DNA of 61,567 bases, filler included, from Collodictyon triciliatum (GCA_043381765.1; 4 parts of 4 records of this genome joined end to end with filler, not necessarily neighbours in it); one strand, 5' to 3'. Counted from the first letter of the whole stretch, positions 15,600 through 29,157 are shown. Numbers and translations are program-made. Notes: a model not told the origin generated them from the letters alone.

Positions 15600-18175
15600 T
15601 AAAACACAAAATTGCTGTAATTTTCGCGATAGACAAACCTGTTGTTCATTCTGTGACAAGAGAGGACTTGGGCTTCTATTTCTCGATTGACCCAGACTAG
15701 AGTTCGAATGTGGCGTAGAGAGATGATTATGAGTATTTGGGATATTTCCTGTCGTTTGTGCGACGCGCTCATGCGAGCCTTCACTCGGAGAGCTCTTTTG
15801 CTCAGGCTTATCCTGAATGTGTTTGTGAATTAATCCCCCATTCGTATCGTTTGTGCAAGAAAGGAAGCATTTATGCAAATCTTGGCCTTTCATGTGAGGA
15901 AAAGAGCCTTGGCAGAGGATTAAAATACTATTGTGAAAACGGCAAAATGCATATTCCGATGGACATCCATCGATATCAATATCAAACAAAGAACATACTT
16001 CCGGTGTTGGTGTTTGTTTCTTTGATATGGGCACGGGCTTGGCAGTGTACTCGGGAGTGGGCGTTTGCTTTTTTGATATAGGGACAGGCTTTGCTGTCGA
16101 CTCCTGAGAGAACGATGCTATCTCTAATTGGTTTTGCTTATGGCTTGATGGTACTAAATTCCAGTATAAATTTTAATGATGGAATTAACATTCAAACTCA
16201 TCGACAACTAAGGTATACGAAAGGGGGATGGTCAAGTCAAACAAAAGGGGACAGGAAAATTCAAGCGATAAAATGAATAAACATCTTGGTCTTTTTTTTT
16301 CCTTTCTTTTTTTTACAAAGGATTCGGCAAATAGAAATTGAAATCGCGGTTTCATTCGAACAACTAGAAATGCAGCTACCTTCAGCCGAAGGCTCCTGCT
16401 CTGCCTTTTGATGAGAATGCGTGAGTCCTTTGAATGGCATTGACTTGAAAACACTTCCTCTTCGTCTTTGCGGCGCCTCCTCTTGGTTTCCAGTGCCACT
16501 TAGGCTTTTTAAATAATGAAAACGGAAAAACGTCGATGATAAGAACTTTGAACTTTAATCAGAGTAGAAATTATAAGAAGCTAACATTAAATAAGAGTGC
16601 CGGAAAAAAATATAGTGTTGATATTAAAGTTTTAAAAAATGACAGATAGTATATGCTTTATATTTGTATGCAGTATCAAAGAGCTTTCAAAAGGGATGGA
16701 TATAGGTGATTTCTCATATTAAACACGCCTCTTACGATTTATCTTTGTCTGATGTGCTGCGAACAGATGAGTACGCTGAATCCTGGCCTTGTTTTTCTGT
16801 TTTTGATGTTTCTGGTCTCGGAATTTCATATTGTGCTGTCACATCTTCCACGGCATTGGACTCGGCCTCTGCTTACAATATAAAAGACAGCTTTATGTAC
16901 AATAACAACGAAACCAAGATATGTGAACAAAAATACGTGATGGAAAATAAGAATGTAAGAATCTTTTCTATAAATGTTCAATATGGTCAAAAAAATCGAT
17001 TTATAGAATCAATTCATGTGTAACGAATTACCTCCCGATTCTTTTTTTGTCCACAGAAATCCATATTTTTTCTTTGCTTTGACTAGTATATGACCTCTCT
17101 TAATGTCGGTATAAAATAACATCCACACATATAGACTCTACCAACCCATAACATCGAATCTTCACTGTACTATCAAATGTCATACAGCTGAACGATTGAA
17201 TTAATGAGGACAGTATTCCGATTTTTTATATATAATACCTTTTGCCCAGTGAGACGTTTGCTTTGTATCCGACGCTGTTGTTTGTAAGTTTGCAGATTTG
17301 TTAGGAGATTCAACTATTTGAGCGTTTTGTATGGTTCCATCAACGGAGTGGCGATTGAAATCCCCGTGTTTATATTCTTCCTGTGCCTGTGTGATTACAT
17401 CGAAATTATGACAAACGTCAGTTCAAAAAAGTTTTTAAAAAAGAGAATAAATATGGACGCGATTTTAAAGTGAATATTTATTAAAAAATTTAAAAAAAAA
17501 AGGATATTGGTGATATAAAGTATTCATCAAAACCCACATACATGCACAATAAGTGTGGGACTGTTCACATTGCGCATGAGATTACGAGGGCCCGGAAGCT
17601 GTGCCTCAGGTAGCCTGCCAGAATAAATGGGCATTTGCAGCTGTTATTGGTTTTGCATTATAAAGAAATGTTCTGATTTGTTTTTGCTGGGACACACGAG
17701 TGTCTTTGGTCTCAGCATGTGAAGAGACCCAGCAGATCGTGGGGTGAAAGCAACAAACGTATCATCGTTGAAAGCTGCAAAAAGAAAAGGAAAGAAGAGA
17801 GATGGATATACATGGTTTAAAAGGTAGAGAGAAAAAGAAAACAAAAACATAAACAAAAACAAATACAAATACAAATACAAATACAAAAACAAAAACAAAA
17901 CAAAAACAAAAACAAAAACAAAAACAAAAACAAAAACAAAAACAAAAACAAAAACAAAAACAAAAGGCTGAGGTTGAGCAAAAGGGTGCTTTATAGAAGA
18001 AGAAAACGTTTAAACGGGTGAGGGGCGACTGAAAGGCAAACCTGGCGGCGTGCTGATCGATCGACTGCGTATTATGGCTCATTTCTTGAACTTCTTGCTC
18101 TTGGAACTCGTGTGTTCTTTGCTCAGAGGCAACCTTTCTGCGCTGCGCTGGGCTCAGATTGCTGTTCCTGTTCAA
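15600..18175 (-). CDS. Low-complexity S/T/P/Q-rich exons, probably the N-terminal part of the WD40 gene
   Basis: Open minus-strand segments bounded by splice sites (MSHNTQSIDQ.., HTQAQEEYKH..SHWAK, SLYVWMLFYTDIKRG, QDKPEQKSSPSEG..). They lie on the same strand as the WD40 exons across the gap; the linkage is unproven. Confidence 0.4.
17840..17965. repeat. (CAAAAA)/(ACAAAT)n hexamer microsatellite
   Basis: Hexamer runs within an intron. Confidence 0.9.
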
Positions 18176-18724
18176 AAACTGCTGCGTTACTATTTCTGAT
18201 TCACTTGAAAGCCAATATTTTTTCCTCTAACTGCCTCCAACATCAATTGATGTAACTGATGGTACAAAAATCAATTAATGTCACACAAAAGCATTTATGA
18301 GTCTCAAAAATCACACACCAAAGGAAAAAATGATCATATATTATAGATTCCACAAACAAAAACCTAATGAAGGCACTTTCATTGAAAATAATGTAGTATT
18401 CGGTATGCAAGGTTGGAAACTGGTGATTTCTTTCCTTTCAATGGTGCAAGATTTAGGCGGTTGTAACCCGATCAGCCGAGAGCTTCTTCCTTTCCTTCGA
18501 TCGCTCCTTCTTGGCTCGAGCACAAGAAAGAGAGTACAGAGCCTCAGCCTGCCACACTCACTTGTTGCTGCCTTAACACTTTTCTCAGCCTCTTTGGTAA
18601 CATACTGATTTCTGCCAAGCAGGTGCAAATGCTGAGAACTCGGGCTTTGGTCTCATCCCTTCTTTTGGTTTGTGGCTCATAGCAGATTTGTTCCGCATCC
18701 ACATATCTTTCGCCTTCGTTTTTA

Positions 18725-20561
18725 TGGGCTGTGCCTCCATATTTTTGCACTCAAGTTGTCGAATTGACTCACAGAGATCTACCAAAGCATACACAACCTC
18801 GTCACTAGCTGATGATGTGATTCCAAGGCTGTACTACCTTCATTCCGGCCCAGGTGAGACGCCAACCAAGCGCAATATCCCAAGCTCACCTTATTTCACT
18901 TCGTTCAGACTCTAAATGAAAAATCGACTTGCCACGGGAACATCATTATGAATTTACTTCTCAAAGTAAGGATTTTCATTAACTTGACGATGTTTTTTTT
19001 TTCTGCCAAAGGCTCGGTGCTGTCTGCTGGTATTCCAAAAGGTGCCCTATTCATTGTTTCCAACAGCGTCTGCAATGTGCTCGGAACGTCCCCAAATATT
19101 TCTAAGAGATGGACCTATTTTTCAAACACCCGCGAAGCATTCTTTAGGAGAACATCTGGGGCCCCGTTCTTCTTTGACCAGGTAGTTTAACCCAAGGAGA
19201 TTATCCATCTCTCTGTGGTTATTTCTATCCGAACATCAACCTGGACAAGGGTGTAAATGTGCTCGTTATTTTCAACAAATATACGCTGCCTTTTTTTTTT
19301 TGAGGAGCGGATTATGCTCAATCCTTCTTATGACCTATGCTTCTCATATTTATACAGTTCCTCTAATCGAGAGTTTTTTTAGTACTCCACCAGTGGCTCA
19401 GTCGGCGATTTGATTCTCTCTTCAAAAGAGTCAGATGATGTGGCAATCACCGAAATAGACTATGGGATTGATCTTTTTTTGTCGAGTGGGTCGTCGCTTC
19501 TCTGTGCAGGCGGCGATATCGGCCTAACGACATACTGGAAAACACCGACAATGAAACCCTCTCTTCGTGTCTCTGGGCGTGGGTCTGTCGCTTTTCGGTC
19601 TCCAGGTCGAATTGTGAAAATGTTTCTTGAGCCTGGAGAATCCTACTACATCAATCTAAAGTACTCTCATACATCCATATCTAGTTCACAGTATATGATG
19701 TATTTGTCCTTTTTTTTTTTTTTAATGAAGAAATTAAAGTGGACCTATGATAAAGTTGCATGAAAAGGTCGCTATTTTACATAGAAAATATATTTCATTG
19801 CCAGCATCCTTTTGAATCCATGAGTTTTTTTACCGATCTTTTTCTGATAATATTTGCAGATATTTGCTCGCTTACGAATCTACCATAACGTTCCAAGGAA
19901 AGAATGAAGATCTAAATTTTTCAAAATACAGTCCAAAAACAGATATGAAAATAAAGGTACGCTCCACTTTCACAAGTACGGATTTCTCTGTAACCTATTT
20001 TTTTCTTTTCTTCATTTACCTTTTTTTCTTTCTTTCTTCTGATTGCTATTACACCCCTCCTTCTCTCTATCCAAGCGATTCATCCATTATATATACACTT
20101 CAGACACAAGAAGACCAAACAGAAATCACAATTAAGCAGGAGAATGCTGAAGTTAGTACTTTGGAGGAGTATGTAACAAAATTCTTGATTTCCCCTTTGA
20201 ATATAATACAATACTAGTATATTTGCCATCATCGAGAGAAAAGAATGAAACCATTATAATGCTTCACTTTTTTTCTAAATTTGTAATGTATTTTTTTTTT
20301 TAGTAATGTCCAGATGTCTTTGAAGGAACGTTTCCAATCTTACTTCAACATTTACACAAAGGTATAATTCATAACTCGTTGTTTTCTATTGTTTCGCCCT
20401 ATTCAAAGGATTCCAAAGGGGTAGATAGCGAAATAACTGCTTTATTTTATCAGGTTACCGTCCAACGCAGCAACCCGACTGGTGCCACTATCTATCTGCA
20501 TGGAGCAACATCCAGCAACATTTTGAAAACTCTACTCCCTTCGTATGGAAATATACTTTGA
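18725..20561 (+). CDS. AIM24 (DUF124/TRAP-like) family protein, multi-exon; start uncertain
   Basis: LFLSSGSSLLCAGGDI..LRVSGRGSVAFRSPGRIVKMFLEPGESYYIN/ YLLAYESTI and the final PTGATIYLH match the AIM24 pattern (L++SG.G.+.+.S.G.+....L.PGE.Y++D..HL+AW..; GPG.+Y+Q). Confidence 0.7.
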
Positions 20562-21841
20562 CTTCCAAACATTTTTTTTGTTTCAACTTGTAAAGTATCA
20601 TGATTATGCTTCGTAATTACATATCCACCCATGTGAACAAAAATACTAAAAACGACAACCATGCGAACTGCCTTCGGCAAACACCAGATCGGTGGTAATA
20701 AGAATATATACATGCATGTGTGTATCGAAAAACGAATGTATGCCACATCTGCTGGATTGCAGCAGATTGAAGAGCGAGTGCTCATGGAAACTCACCATCG
20801 ACCCATTTGACAGGACCCGAAAATACCCGAGTACATCCCACCGCGTCTTGAAATATTGGAGAACCAAAATCGCACCAACCCAAATCCGCGGCCACAAACT
20901 GAAGCGACGCAACTCAAGCAATCATAACGACGTGGTTGATTTTTCTCCCGCGGTTGGCATAGCAAGCCAAAGAGTATAGGAGCGCATTTATTATGGATGT
21001 GACTACCATCACGAGATTTCAATAAATGGCTCGTATTATTCGTGTGGTGGAATTTTCAATTCCTAATCGTGTTGATTGGGTATTCGTTTATTCTTTGTTT
21101 GTCGGAACTGATCGGTAGTATCGGTGTGAAAGTTTGATGGCATTGCCTATTCATCGATGCGCTTTTTTTCTTAATTCTTTTTTTTCTTCACGGCAGAAAG
21201 GGATTCTTTTCCAATCATCACATTTCTGATTGAAGGGGCCACAAGTAATCAACCAATTGGCTCATTCATTCATGGCTTATTGTTTCCTTCCATTTTGATA
21301 AATGGGCAAGGGGCTTGGATGTAAACAAGTGTGTAAAAACAACCTGCCATTAATGCACTGCCCAGAGCAAACACAGACAACATTGCATCAACGAAGCAGA
21401 AGCACCTTTCGGCCTCTGAATGAACAGTCCGAGCAACCAAAAAATATAATACATCAATCATACCATATTCAGAATCAATGAAGTCTAAATGTGGAAATTA
21501 TAACTACGCCTTTTATAAAGAACTTTTTTTTTCCGTCTTCCTGTTCTCACCGTTTCGTTTCTACACACAAAGCGTTTTCTCAAGCAGCTGTCGGACCGAA
21601 GGCGGCTGAACTCATCCGAAAAGCAGCAAGACATGCCATACCGCGCCATGAAAGTCTTGTGCCTTGATGAGAAAACTATTTCCGCCCTTTTCTTCTTCTT
21701 TTTTAATGGTTAACCGACAATATCTTTCTTTAATTCCTTGTTTTTTTTTATTTAATACTTCTTAAAAAAAAAAAAAAAAACTAGCAGTGAAGCAGAGACG
21801 AAACAAAGAAAAGAGATAAAAGAAAAGTAAGAGAGAGAGAT

Positions 21842-23397
21842 ATGGCAGTAGACGGAAAAGAGGCGAAAAGACACATGGAAGAATCACCCGACAGTGTCTC
21901 CAAGAAGGCTGAGTTTGAAGCGGGTGTGCGTCTTCCAGTGAGACTCGGCCACGCCCGGAACGGAGTCGCGGGTGATGATGCAAACACATCCGAGCCTGTT
22001 TGTTCGCCGCATGGTTGGCACGAGTTGAGCCCTGTTCTGTGGAAAGCAGTGCCGCCGGCCATGAGGCGAGGTCTTTGTGCTGCGGTTTTATGTCTTCCCT
22101 TTGTATCATGTTGCATAAAATCCTTTTAGCTAATACTTGTTTCAAATCCTCTCTTTTTTTTTTTTTTTTTTTTGTTAGTATGTGCCCCATGTATATTTTT
22201 AAGAGGCTTGTTTCATACTATAATGTTTACATTTTTGCACATTTAACCAGCCCGATGCCTTGTGAAATAATCATATTTATACATCTGTATTTATTTTATT
22301 TTATTTTATTTTATTAACGTATTAACTTACTAACTCATTAACTTATTTATTCTGTAATGGAATCTATCAATTCATTTTTCTTCCTTATTTTTCAATTTTT
22401 TTTTCACTGTTTTTTTTTTTGCAGGAATTCCAAGTGATATTTTGTCTCCTGCGTGGCAGCTACTGATCTTTGGGGACGGCTCTCCTACGCACAACTTCAA
22501 CATCATCACACGCGATCCGATATACGTAGAAGTCTTGGAAATGAGCCTGAATGATGGTCTGTATTTTTTTCCTTTTTTTCTTCTTTTTTCTTTATATTTC
22601 AAGATCGCTGTAATCAAAATATCTACTTCTAAACGACATCAAAAGGCCATATGAATCAACGCAATAAATACAATCGAAATCAATTGTCTATATGTGTGTT
22701 ATTCGCCTGACTTTGCGCTGTGCGAAACGGACTCAAGACTTTGAGGCTGGGTTGGACGATGTTTTGCGGCTCATACCCACGCCACGAACCAGACGCCAAG
22801 TAAAACATAATCACGGCGCAGCACGAATCCCGCTTTTCTTTCGTTTGGCTCATTGTCGCCACTCTTTAATCATTTACTTGCTTTTCCATATCTCAGGTGT
22901 GGCTCACAGCTTCAAAGACAAACGAGAGAGTGATGTATGCCACATCCTGGTGGTCAACGTCACTGATGAACACGATGATGCCCGACCAGTCGAAGCCCAT
23001 CTGGAGCAACCTGCAGGGACTAGACCTTTTTCGAGATATGCAGGTTGGACTGCATACAATAATATGCGATACTACAAGGAAGAAAGAAAAAGAAAGAAAG
23101 AAAAAAATCGAGTGAACAATATTTTTGTGTTCTATTATCAATTGTTTAGAAAGCTTGAGTTCGCAAATACCGTGAAACTGTTTGTAGGGAGTCTTTTGTG
23201 GACACAACAAGCATCTTGAGGAGGGATTTGGCGCACAAGGCCCGTTTTGGGGACGCTACTATTTTTTCTGGCACCGAGGAGAGCCGCTGTGCTTCATCTA
23301 CGAGGTTTTTTCCAACAGCCTCAGCAAGTATCTCGGGCCTCAGCGCCAGGGTGACGTGTCGTTGGAGTGCTTCCTTGCCACACAGAGCAAGATATAA
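21842..23397 (+). CDS. ycf21: Ycf21/DUF98 chorismate pyruvate-lyase-like protein, 5 exons (21842-22070, 22425-22556, 22738-22799, 22897-23043, 23188-23397)
   Basis: LSPAWQLLIFGDGSPT / PTPRTRRQ / VWL..VMYATSWW..KPIWSNL..LFRDMQ / GPFWGRYYFFWHRGEPLCFIYEVFS closely follows the cyanobacterial Ycf21 motifs. All exons join in phase. Confidence 0.88.
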
Positions 23398-23826
23398 ATG
23401 TAACTGAAAATACCAAACAGTTGCAGGATTGAGACATCCGGCGTATGAGAGGCACCGCATGATGGGGGTGTGTGTGCATATCTTTCGTTTTGGGGGGATT
23501 GAAAGAATGAAAGTGGCAGAATGGATAGAGATGCAACCACCAATTCAAGAGTAAGATAATAATGCAACACAAAGCTTTTAGAGTTGAGCTCTTTTGTCCC
23601 GCTTCAGGACCTTGGAAGGATTTCGATACTAACAGAGCGAAAGGAAGCAAAATAAAAAAAAATAAAGAGTACCATCTACACCCTTTATTTTATTAATTTT
23701 CTTATCGGAATATATTGGGGTCAATATTTGTTTTCTATCTCTGATTTGTATCATTTATGACGTGTTTATTAGTCAACTAGGTCCGCGGCTTAGGACAAAA
23801 CACGTGTCAAATTGTCCATGAAGGAA

Positions 23827-26800
23827 TCAAGGAGCAACTGACGTTCTTTCAGAGTCATAGGACTTTTGTTGCTTGCGCTTGACGGAGTAGAAAACTATGC
23901 CAGCAATAAACGCGGCTCCGACAATCACGGACACAACGATTCCTGCCACAGCGCCATCGCTCAACCCGTCGTCCTTATCATTTCCCCCACTTCCATGCTC
24001 CGTGGTTTCCTCCTGCAAGGGACCAAAGTTTGGCGCTTGGCCGGCACTGTTTGCGGCCTTCACTTGGTACGAGAAGGCGACATTGTTCCTGAAAAGATAA
24101 GAACAAAGTGTAGACAAGAAAGCAGGTGAAGAAAAAAACGATAAAAATGGAAAGACATGGATATATGGTGGCAAAGATATTATCATATACACTTGAATTT
24201 ATTACGTGGCAGTAGAATCGGTGTAGGATGTTGTTGCAACTATCTTGTCGCCGTCTTCGAACGGAGGTGAGCGTCTTAGAATGTAGTATACGTCTTCCCC
24301 CGCAATGCCTATTCAATTTGAAGAAACCAATCACATTCATATTCATATACTTCCTTGTTTATAACGACTATTGAAGAAGGACAGTAGAAGAGAAGGGTCA
24401 TTGATGGCGGCGTAGTTTTTAGAAATAATATTTCTCAAGCTAAATGTCTGGTTGAAGTTGCGCATATGATTTATTATTTTTGTTCTTCTTGGATTCTTAT
24501 TATCATCGAATACTATAGAACATTTCACCAGAGCTCAGTGGCTGAGTCCAAGTGACAGATACATCAGTGGTTGAAACTCTTTTCACAACTGGTGCTATAA
24601 CGATGTGCGCTGGGAGAGCTTCATTTTATGCAGTATTGAAAAAAAATTAATAGCATTAGCAGGATAGATAACCGCCCATTCTTTTAAACCAAACCAGGAA
24701 ACAGGTTCTGTTAACTAATAATTTTCTGTGTGTTCTGTTGTTATGTTTTATTTTGTTATGAATAGATGTGATTTTTACATGAGTCATCCCACCCTGAGTA
24801 GTAAAGGTCGTAGTAGCATCGAATCCTGGCAATCTGTAGAATTGCAGTTAGTTTTTACGGTTGATGTTAAAATGGCATTGTGGAGAAAACATACTAGTGT
24901 GAAAACGGTTATATTTTCTTTATGTTAAAAAATGAAAAAATGATACTTGTTGAGGTGAGAACGTTTGGTTGTAGCAGTCTCCAACAGGGTCAGAGTATCC
25001 CATGATGTTTTCGACTGGCGTAAATTGCCACGGCTCCTCTTCACAATCAGCACATGACAAATCCCACCCCTATGAAAAAAAATTAATAATTTCCAGGATG
25101 GCATAGATTTATGTGCGCGACCGGAGACATCAAGAAGGTTAAAATTTTTGATTTTCTCTATTCCACGAGTATGTCTCTGTAAATCAGAAAAGGGATATAC
25201 AGTGGTATCATCACACTGTGGAGGGTCTGCACAAGTAAAAGTCAACGAAGTCGGGCGCGTATCTGCACAAAGGTCGCCTTTCAGCAACGTACCAGGTTTA
25301 CCGACAGGATATTGTGCCTCGTAGCATGGGTCATTGCAGCCTTATGGTGAATAATAATAATAAAAAAAAAACATTTAATCACACAATCACTGCCATACAA
25401 AGGAATGAATCAGCAAAGGGCACTTCTATGGTGATGAAAGAAAGTAGAAACCCTTTCTCAAGTTCACTGACACCGTGGAATGTATGCCATAACCCGAATG
25501 AATGACCAGCCTATCAGATTTTTAAAAGGTTTCGTTTTATTGCATGTTCAAAGGTATTGCGAATTTCAAATAAGGTTACCACACGGATTAAGATGATTTT
25601 TTTTTTAAAAAAAATGCATCGGAAAGGGGGCATTGTTGTGTAAATATGGTATATTGTAATTTTTTTCTTTACTTCGTGTGGAGTTACTGTGCCCCTGTAA
25701 TAAGATAGTGAATCATCACCCCAGTAATCATCGCCAAGTAAAAAACCTCCATAAAGAGAGCTACCAAAATCAATAGTCCACGGGAAAACCGATATGCCCA
25801 AAAGATTTTCACCTTTTTGTTATGATAATTTTTACATTGATTCAACCCCGCCTAATTGACGATTTACAAATAAGTTACTTTCCACTGAACCAACGTAAAC
25901 ATAGAAGCTTTCGGAGAAGTTCGATTTTGCCAAAAGGCGTATTTCGGTGATGTCAGCAAAACCTACGGCAGAAGCGATTAATCAAACAAACTGCGCGCAA
26001 CAGGCTTAATAATTGTTGTGTGTCACACATTTCTAACAATAAACAATTGATGAAGGGAAATATGGAAGACATTGCACTGATTTAACCCAGAGATAGGATG
26101 GAGTGGATAATAAAAATAAAAGATGAACTTCGCTGAAGAAGTGGGCGACGATGGTCAAAACAGGTTCCTTGCGTCGGGTCAATGCAGCAATCCCCTCCAT
26201 CATAATTTTTCTGAGATATATTGCATATTTCTTGACAAACGCCGTCCCCAATCATATCCTATGAAATGTTAGTGTATGATCTATAATATTTCAATGCGTT
26301 TCAATTCATGGAATGATGTCGAGCATAAATGAAATATTCAGTCTAGAAAAAGGTAGATTTTTTAGAATCATATTTACCTCTGTGCATTCCTCATAGTTTA
26401 AGCAAATACACTCACAATATTCTGCCTCTGACCTCCCACTTAAAATATTTTCTCTAGAGCAATCTGGGTTGCAATTCAAAGGGTCGGGACAGAACCAATC
26501 TCCTCCATCGTAGCCATTGAAGGCGTGAAGGCATTCGTATTCAGGAATTCCTTGGTGGAGTTGAAATCATTTAGGAGGAAAGAAAATTGTTGCGGTAGAT
26601 AGTAAACTGTAACATTGTCGAAGTCCTTTTTCGTGCATTATTTTTTTTCATTACCGTTTCCAACGTTTTCTATTAGGCAGTCATAAGGTGTGATTTCACC
26701 ATACCACAGATAGGTGGAATTTATAAGTGTTTCTTCATACACAAAACTGATTCCACTGTTTTTGAAGTATGTTTCCATGACGTCTTTCTGGAACGCCGTC

Positions 26801-27538
26801 TTTTCTGGTGTGACGAGTGGATCGGAAAAGTCATCCTTGGCGACGGAAAACACCTTGACACCTGCAAATACGATAAGTCTCACACATGAATTCTGTTTTA
26901 TGCTCATTATCATTATAGATTAAATAGTTATGTATGTGTTTTGTTTGACACTAGCCATACTATATCAAGATACAAAATTCGTAATGAACAGCAAACGTGC
27001 AGTGACCGGCTCTATAAGACGATTTCTTAAAGCACTGTCGTAGCCGAGGGTATAGTTTGGGTCATCGCAAATTGTTGTCAGACACACATTAGACTCATCA
27101 AATCGACTTTGACCAACGCGCTGGCCAGAGCGAACGGTACCTTTTGGTTTAAATTAACTTAAAATAATGGTTATAGTTATATATAGTGAGAGGAATAGCA
27201 CAATATTTTTTAGCTGATTTTGCGTTAGGGTTAGGACACTCCCGCGACCATGGAAACTTTCTTGATATTTCGACTCTGAATAGCTGATTACCCTTCGAGG
27301 TGGCTGTGCCACACACCGCTCGTGAATTCCTTGCAGAAGCGCGTTCGATGCCGTTTGGTCCCAGTGGGGCGTGGAGATGTTCAGCACGAGGCCAACCATG
27401 GTCGAAGTTGGCTTTTCTCCCAGGTCGTTCGCGCAGTGCCTGTGAGAGAGTTCGCGGTTTGCCTGCTGTGATCGATCCAACCAGCAAAAGCCCCGCCAGG
27501 AGGAGAATAAATGCTGGGCGAATACCGGGTCTTGTCAT
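23827..27538 (-). CDS. Pappalysin-like M43 metzincin metalloprotease: signal peptide, LNR-like modules, FN3-like domain, C-terminal TM helix
   Basis: Signal peptide MTRPGIRPAFILLLAGLLLVGSITA. The spliced zinc motif HE/AGHSFGLWHTFHGVSE fits HExxHxxGxxH. Also GDLCADTRPT, the Met-turn NIMGYS, LNR-like GDGVCQEICN..YDGGDCC, FN3-like VSVTWTQP..YQVKAANSAG, and TM AVAGIVVSVIVGAAFIAGIVFY followed by KRK. Confidence 0.88.
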
Positions 27539-28389
27539 CCTGCAAGCTCGATCTTGAAGGATTCGTTCAAGTGAGCTGAAGCTACAACGAAATGCTATTT
27601 TATTTTGTCTGATGTATTTATTTGTAAATAATCTTTCCTTTAATTGGTTTGCGTTATGACGATCCCTGCAAAGCTCATTTTTTTTCCCTTTGATTTTCCT
27701 TCTTTTTTTTTCTGTGAATGAACTCGTTTATCCCGAATGTCTACTAGTCTATTACGCTTTGTTTTGCGCTGCCTGCACTTTTGTTAGATCCAGACACAAC
27801 ATTGACGCCCCGTCTTTTCCAGTTTTCCGATGTCGCGCGCAATGGCACTTGGGTTATCAATCGGCTGCTTGCCTACTACTCATGGCTGGAGCTCTCTACT
27901 GGATAACTGAGCGCCTTGCTTATCTTTCTTGTGGTGTTGTGTATTTTGCTACGACAGAATATCGCATGCCAAGGATTTGACAGGTGTTTTCTTCACAACA
28001 AAGTTTTCTTGTGGCGCGTGCGCAACTATACACAAATGGAAATATTCATACCTGGAAAATAATTATTATAATATAAATTTTATTTATTCATCCTCTTTTT
28101 ATTCCTTACTAGTATACAATTCAATATTATGATTGAATATAACTCAATAACATGCACGTTGTTGCGTAGATGTAATTCTACCGTGCGTCCGAGCATTCCT
28201 GCTGTCACAACGCGTATGCTGTCCAACGTCCCAATCTCCCACCCAAGTCTTGTCCATTGTTTTCTTATTTTTTTCCTTTTGTCCTTGACTTTTTTCGTCT
28301 CAAGAGTCTTGAAAAACAACCTGCAGGTGCTGCTGCGCTGCGTGAATAGAGGCCAAGACACAAGAAGAAAGAGACAAAAGACACAAGCG

Positions 28390-28691
28390 ATGCCCAAGGA
28401 GAGACAGAGCGTCACAGTTCGCGTCCCCGCCACCACTGCAAACATGGGCCCGGGTTTCGACTCGATCGGTGAGCTTTCTTGACCTTTCACCAAGTATATC
28501 GCCCATAAAACCCTTCTCTCATTTTCCTTCGTCCTGGTCTCTTGCACTGCGCCTCATCCCCTACATTTTCTTATTCGTGGCGCTTTCATATGACAAATTG
28601 CGCGCTCTAGGGATGGCTCTGGACATCTGGAATGAACTTACTCTGAGCCGCGCAGAGTCGTTTTCCATCACCATCCAAGGAGAAGGGGCAG
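28390..28691 (+). CDS. thrB: Homoserine kinase (GHMP family), first two exons only (28390-28468, 28611-28691)
   Basis: SVTVRVPATTANMGPGFDSIG/MALDIWNEL is the diagnostic homoserine kinase N-terminus. The remaining exons are not in the visible sequence. Confidence 0.9.
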
Positions 28692-28866
28692 GTTGGTTCT
28701 GTGTTGCCAACGCATATACGATATAAGGAAGAATGTTCTTTCAAATAGATGATTAGAGGCGATTTATATCTCTTCATCACTTTCAATTTTTTTTTTTTGT
28801 TAATAATAATTTTCTGGGATTCTCACATATTTCACGCATGCCTTATCTATAATATTATAAAGTGCG

Positions 28867-28993
28867 AAGAAAAAAGAAAAAAGAAAAAAGAAAAAAGAAA
28901 AAAGAAAAAAGAAAAAAGAAAAAAGAAAAAAGAAAAAAGAAAAAAGAAAAAAGAAAAAAGAAAAATAAAAGAAAAAAGAAAAATAAAAGAAAA
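28867..28993. repeat. (GAAAAA)n-type purine tract
   Basis: Intronic G/A run immediately before the integrase island. Confidence 0.93.
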
Positions 28994-29053
28994 TGATAAA
29001 ACTATCATATTTGCGAAATTGTTGTAAACACCGTGTCGAGAGTGAAACACCAG

Positions 29054-29095
29054 TGATATTTATTTATTCTATATATCTAGAATAAATAAATATCA
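29054..29095. repeat. Inverted repeat with perfect 18-bp arms and a 6-nt spacer
   Basis: TGATATTTATTTATTCTA (29054-29071), tatatc, TAGAATAAATAAATATCA (29078-29095). Confidence 0.95.
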
Positions 29096-29157
29096 GTTTA
29101 TTTCGTGCTTTATTGTTTTATGCGTTTTTTTACCTATTATTATATCTAATTCAATAT

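Noticed and set aside
20640-21650. Possible small spliced gene between the AIM24-like and ycf21-like genes
   Set aside because: Splice-like signals exist, but no consistent frame or recognisable product was found.
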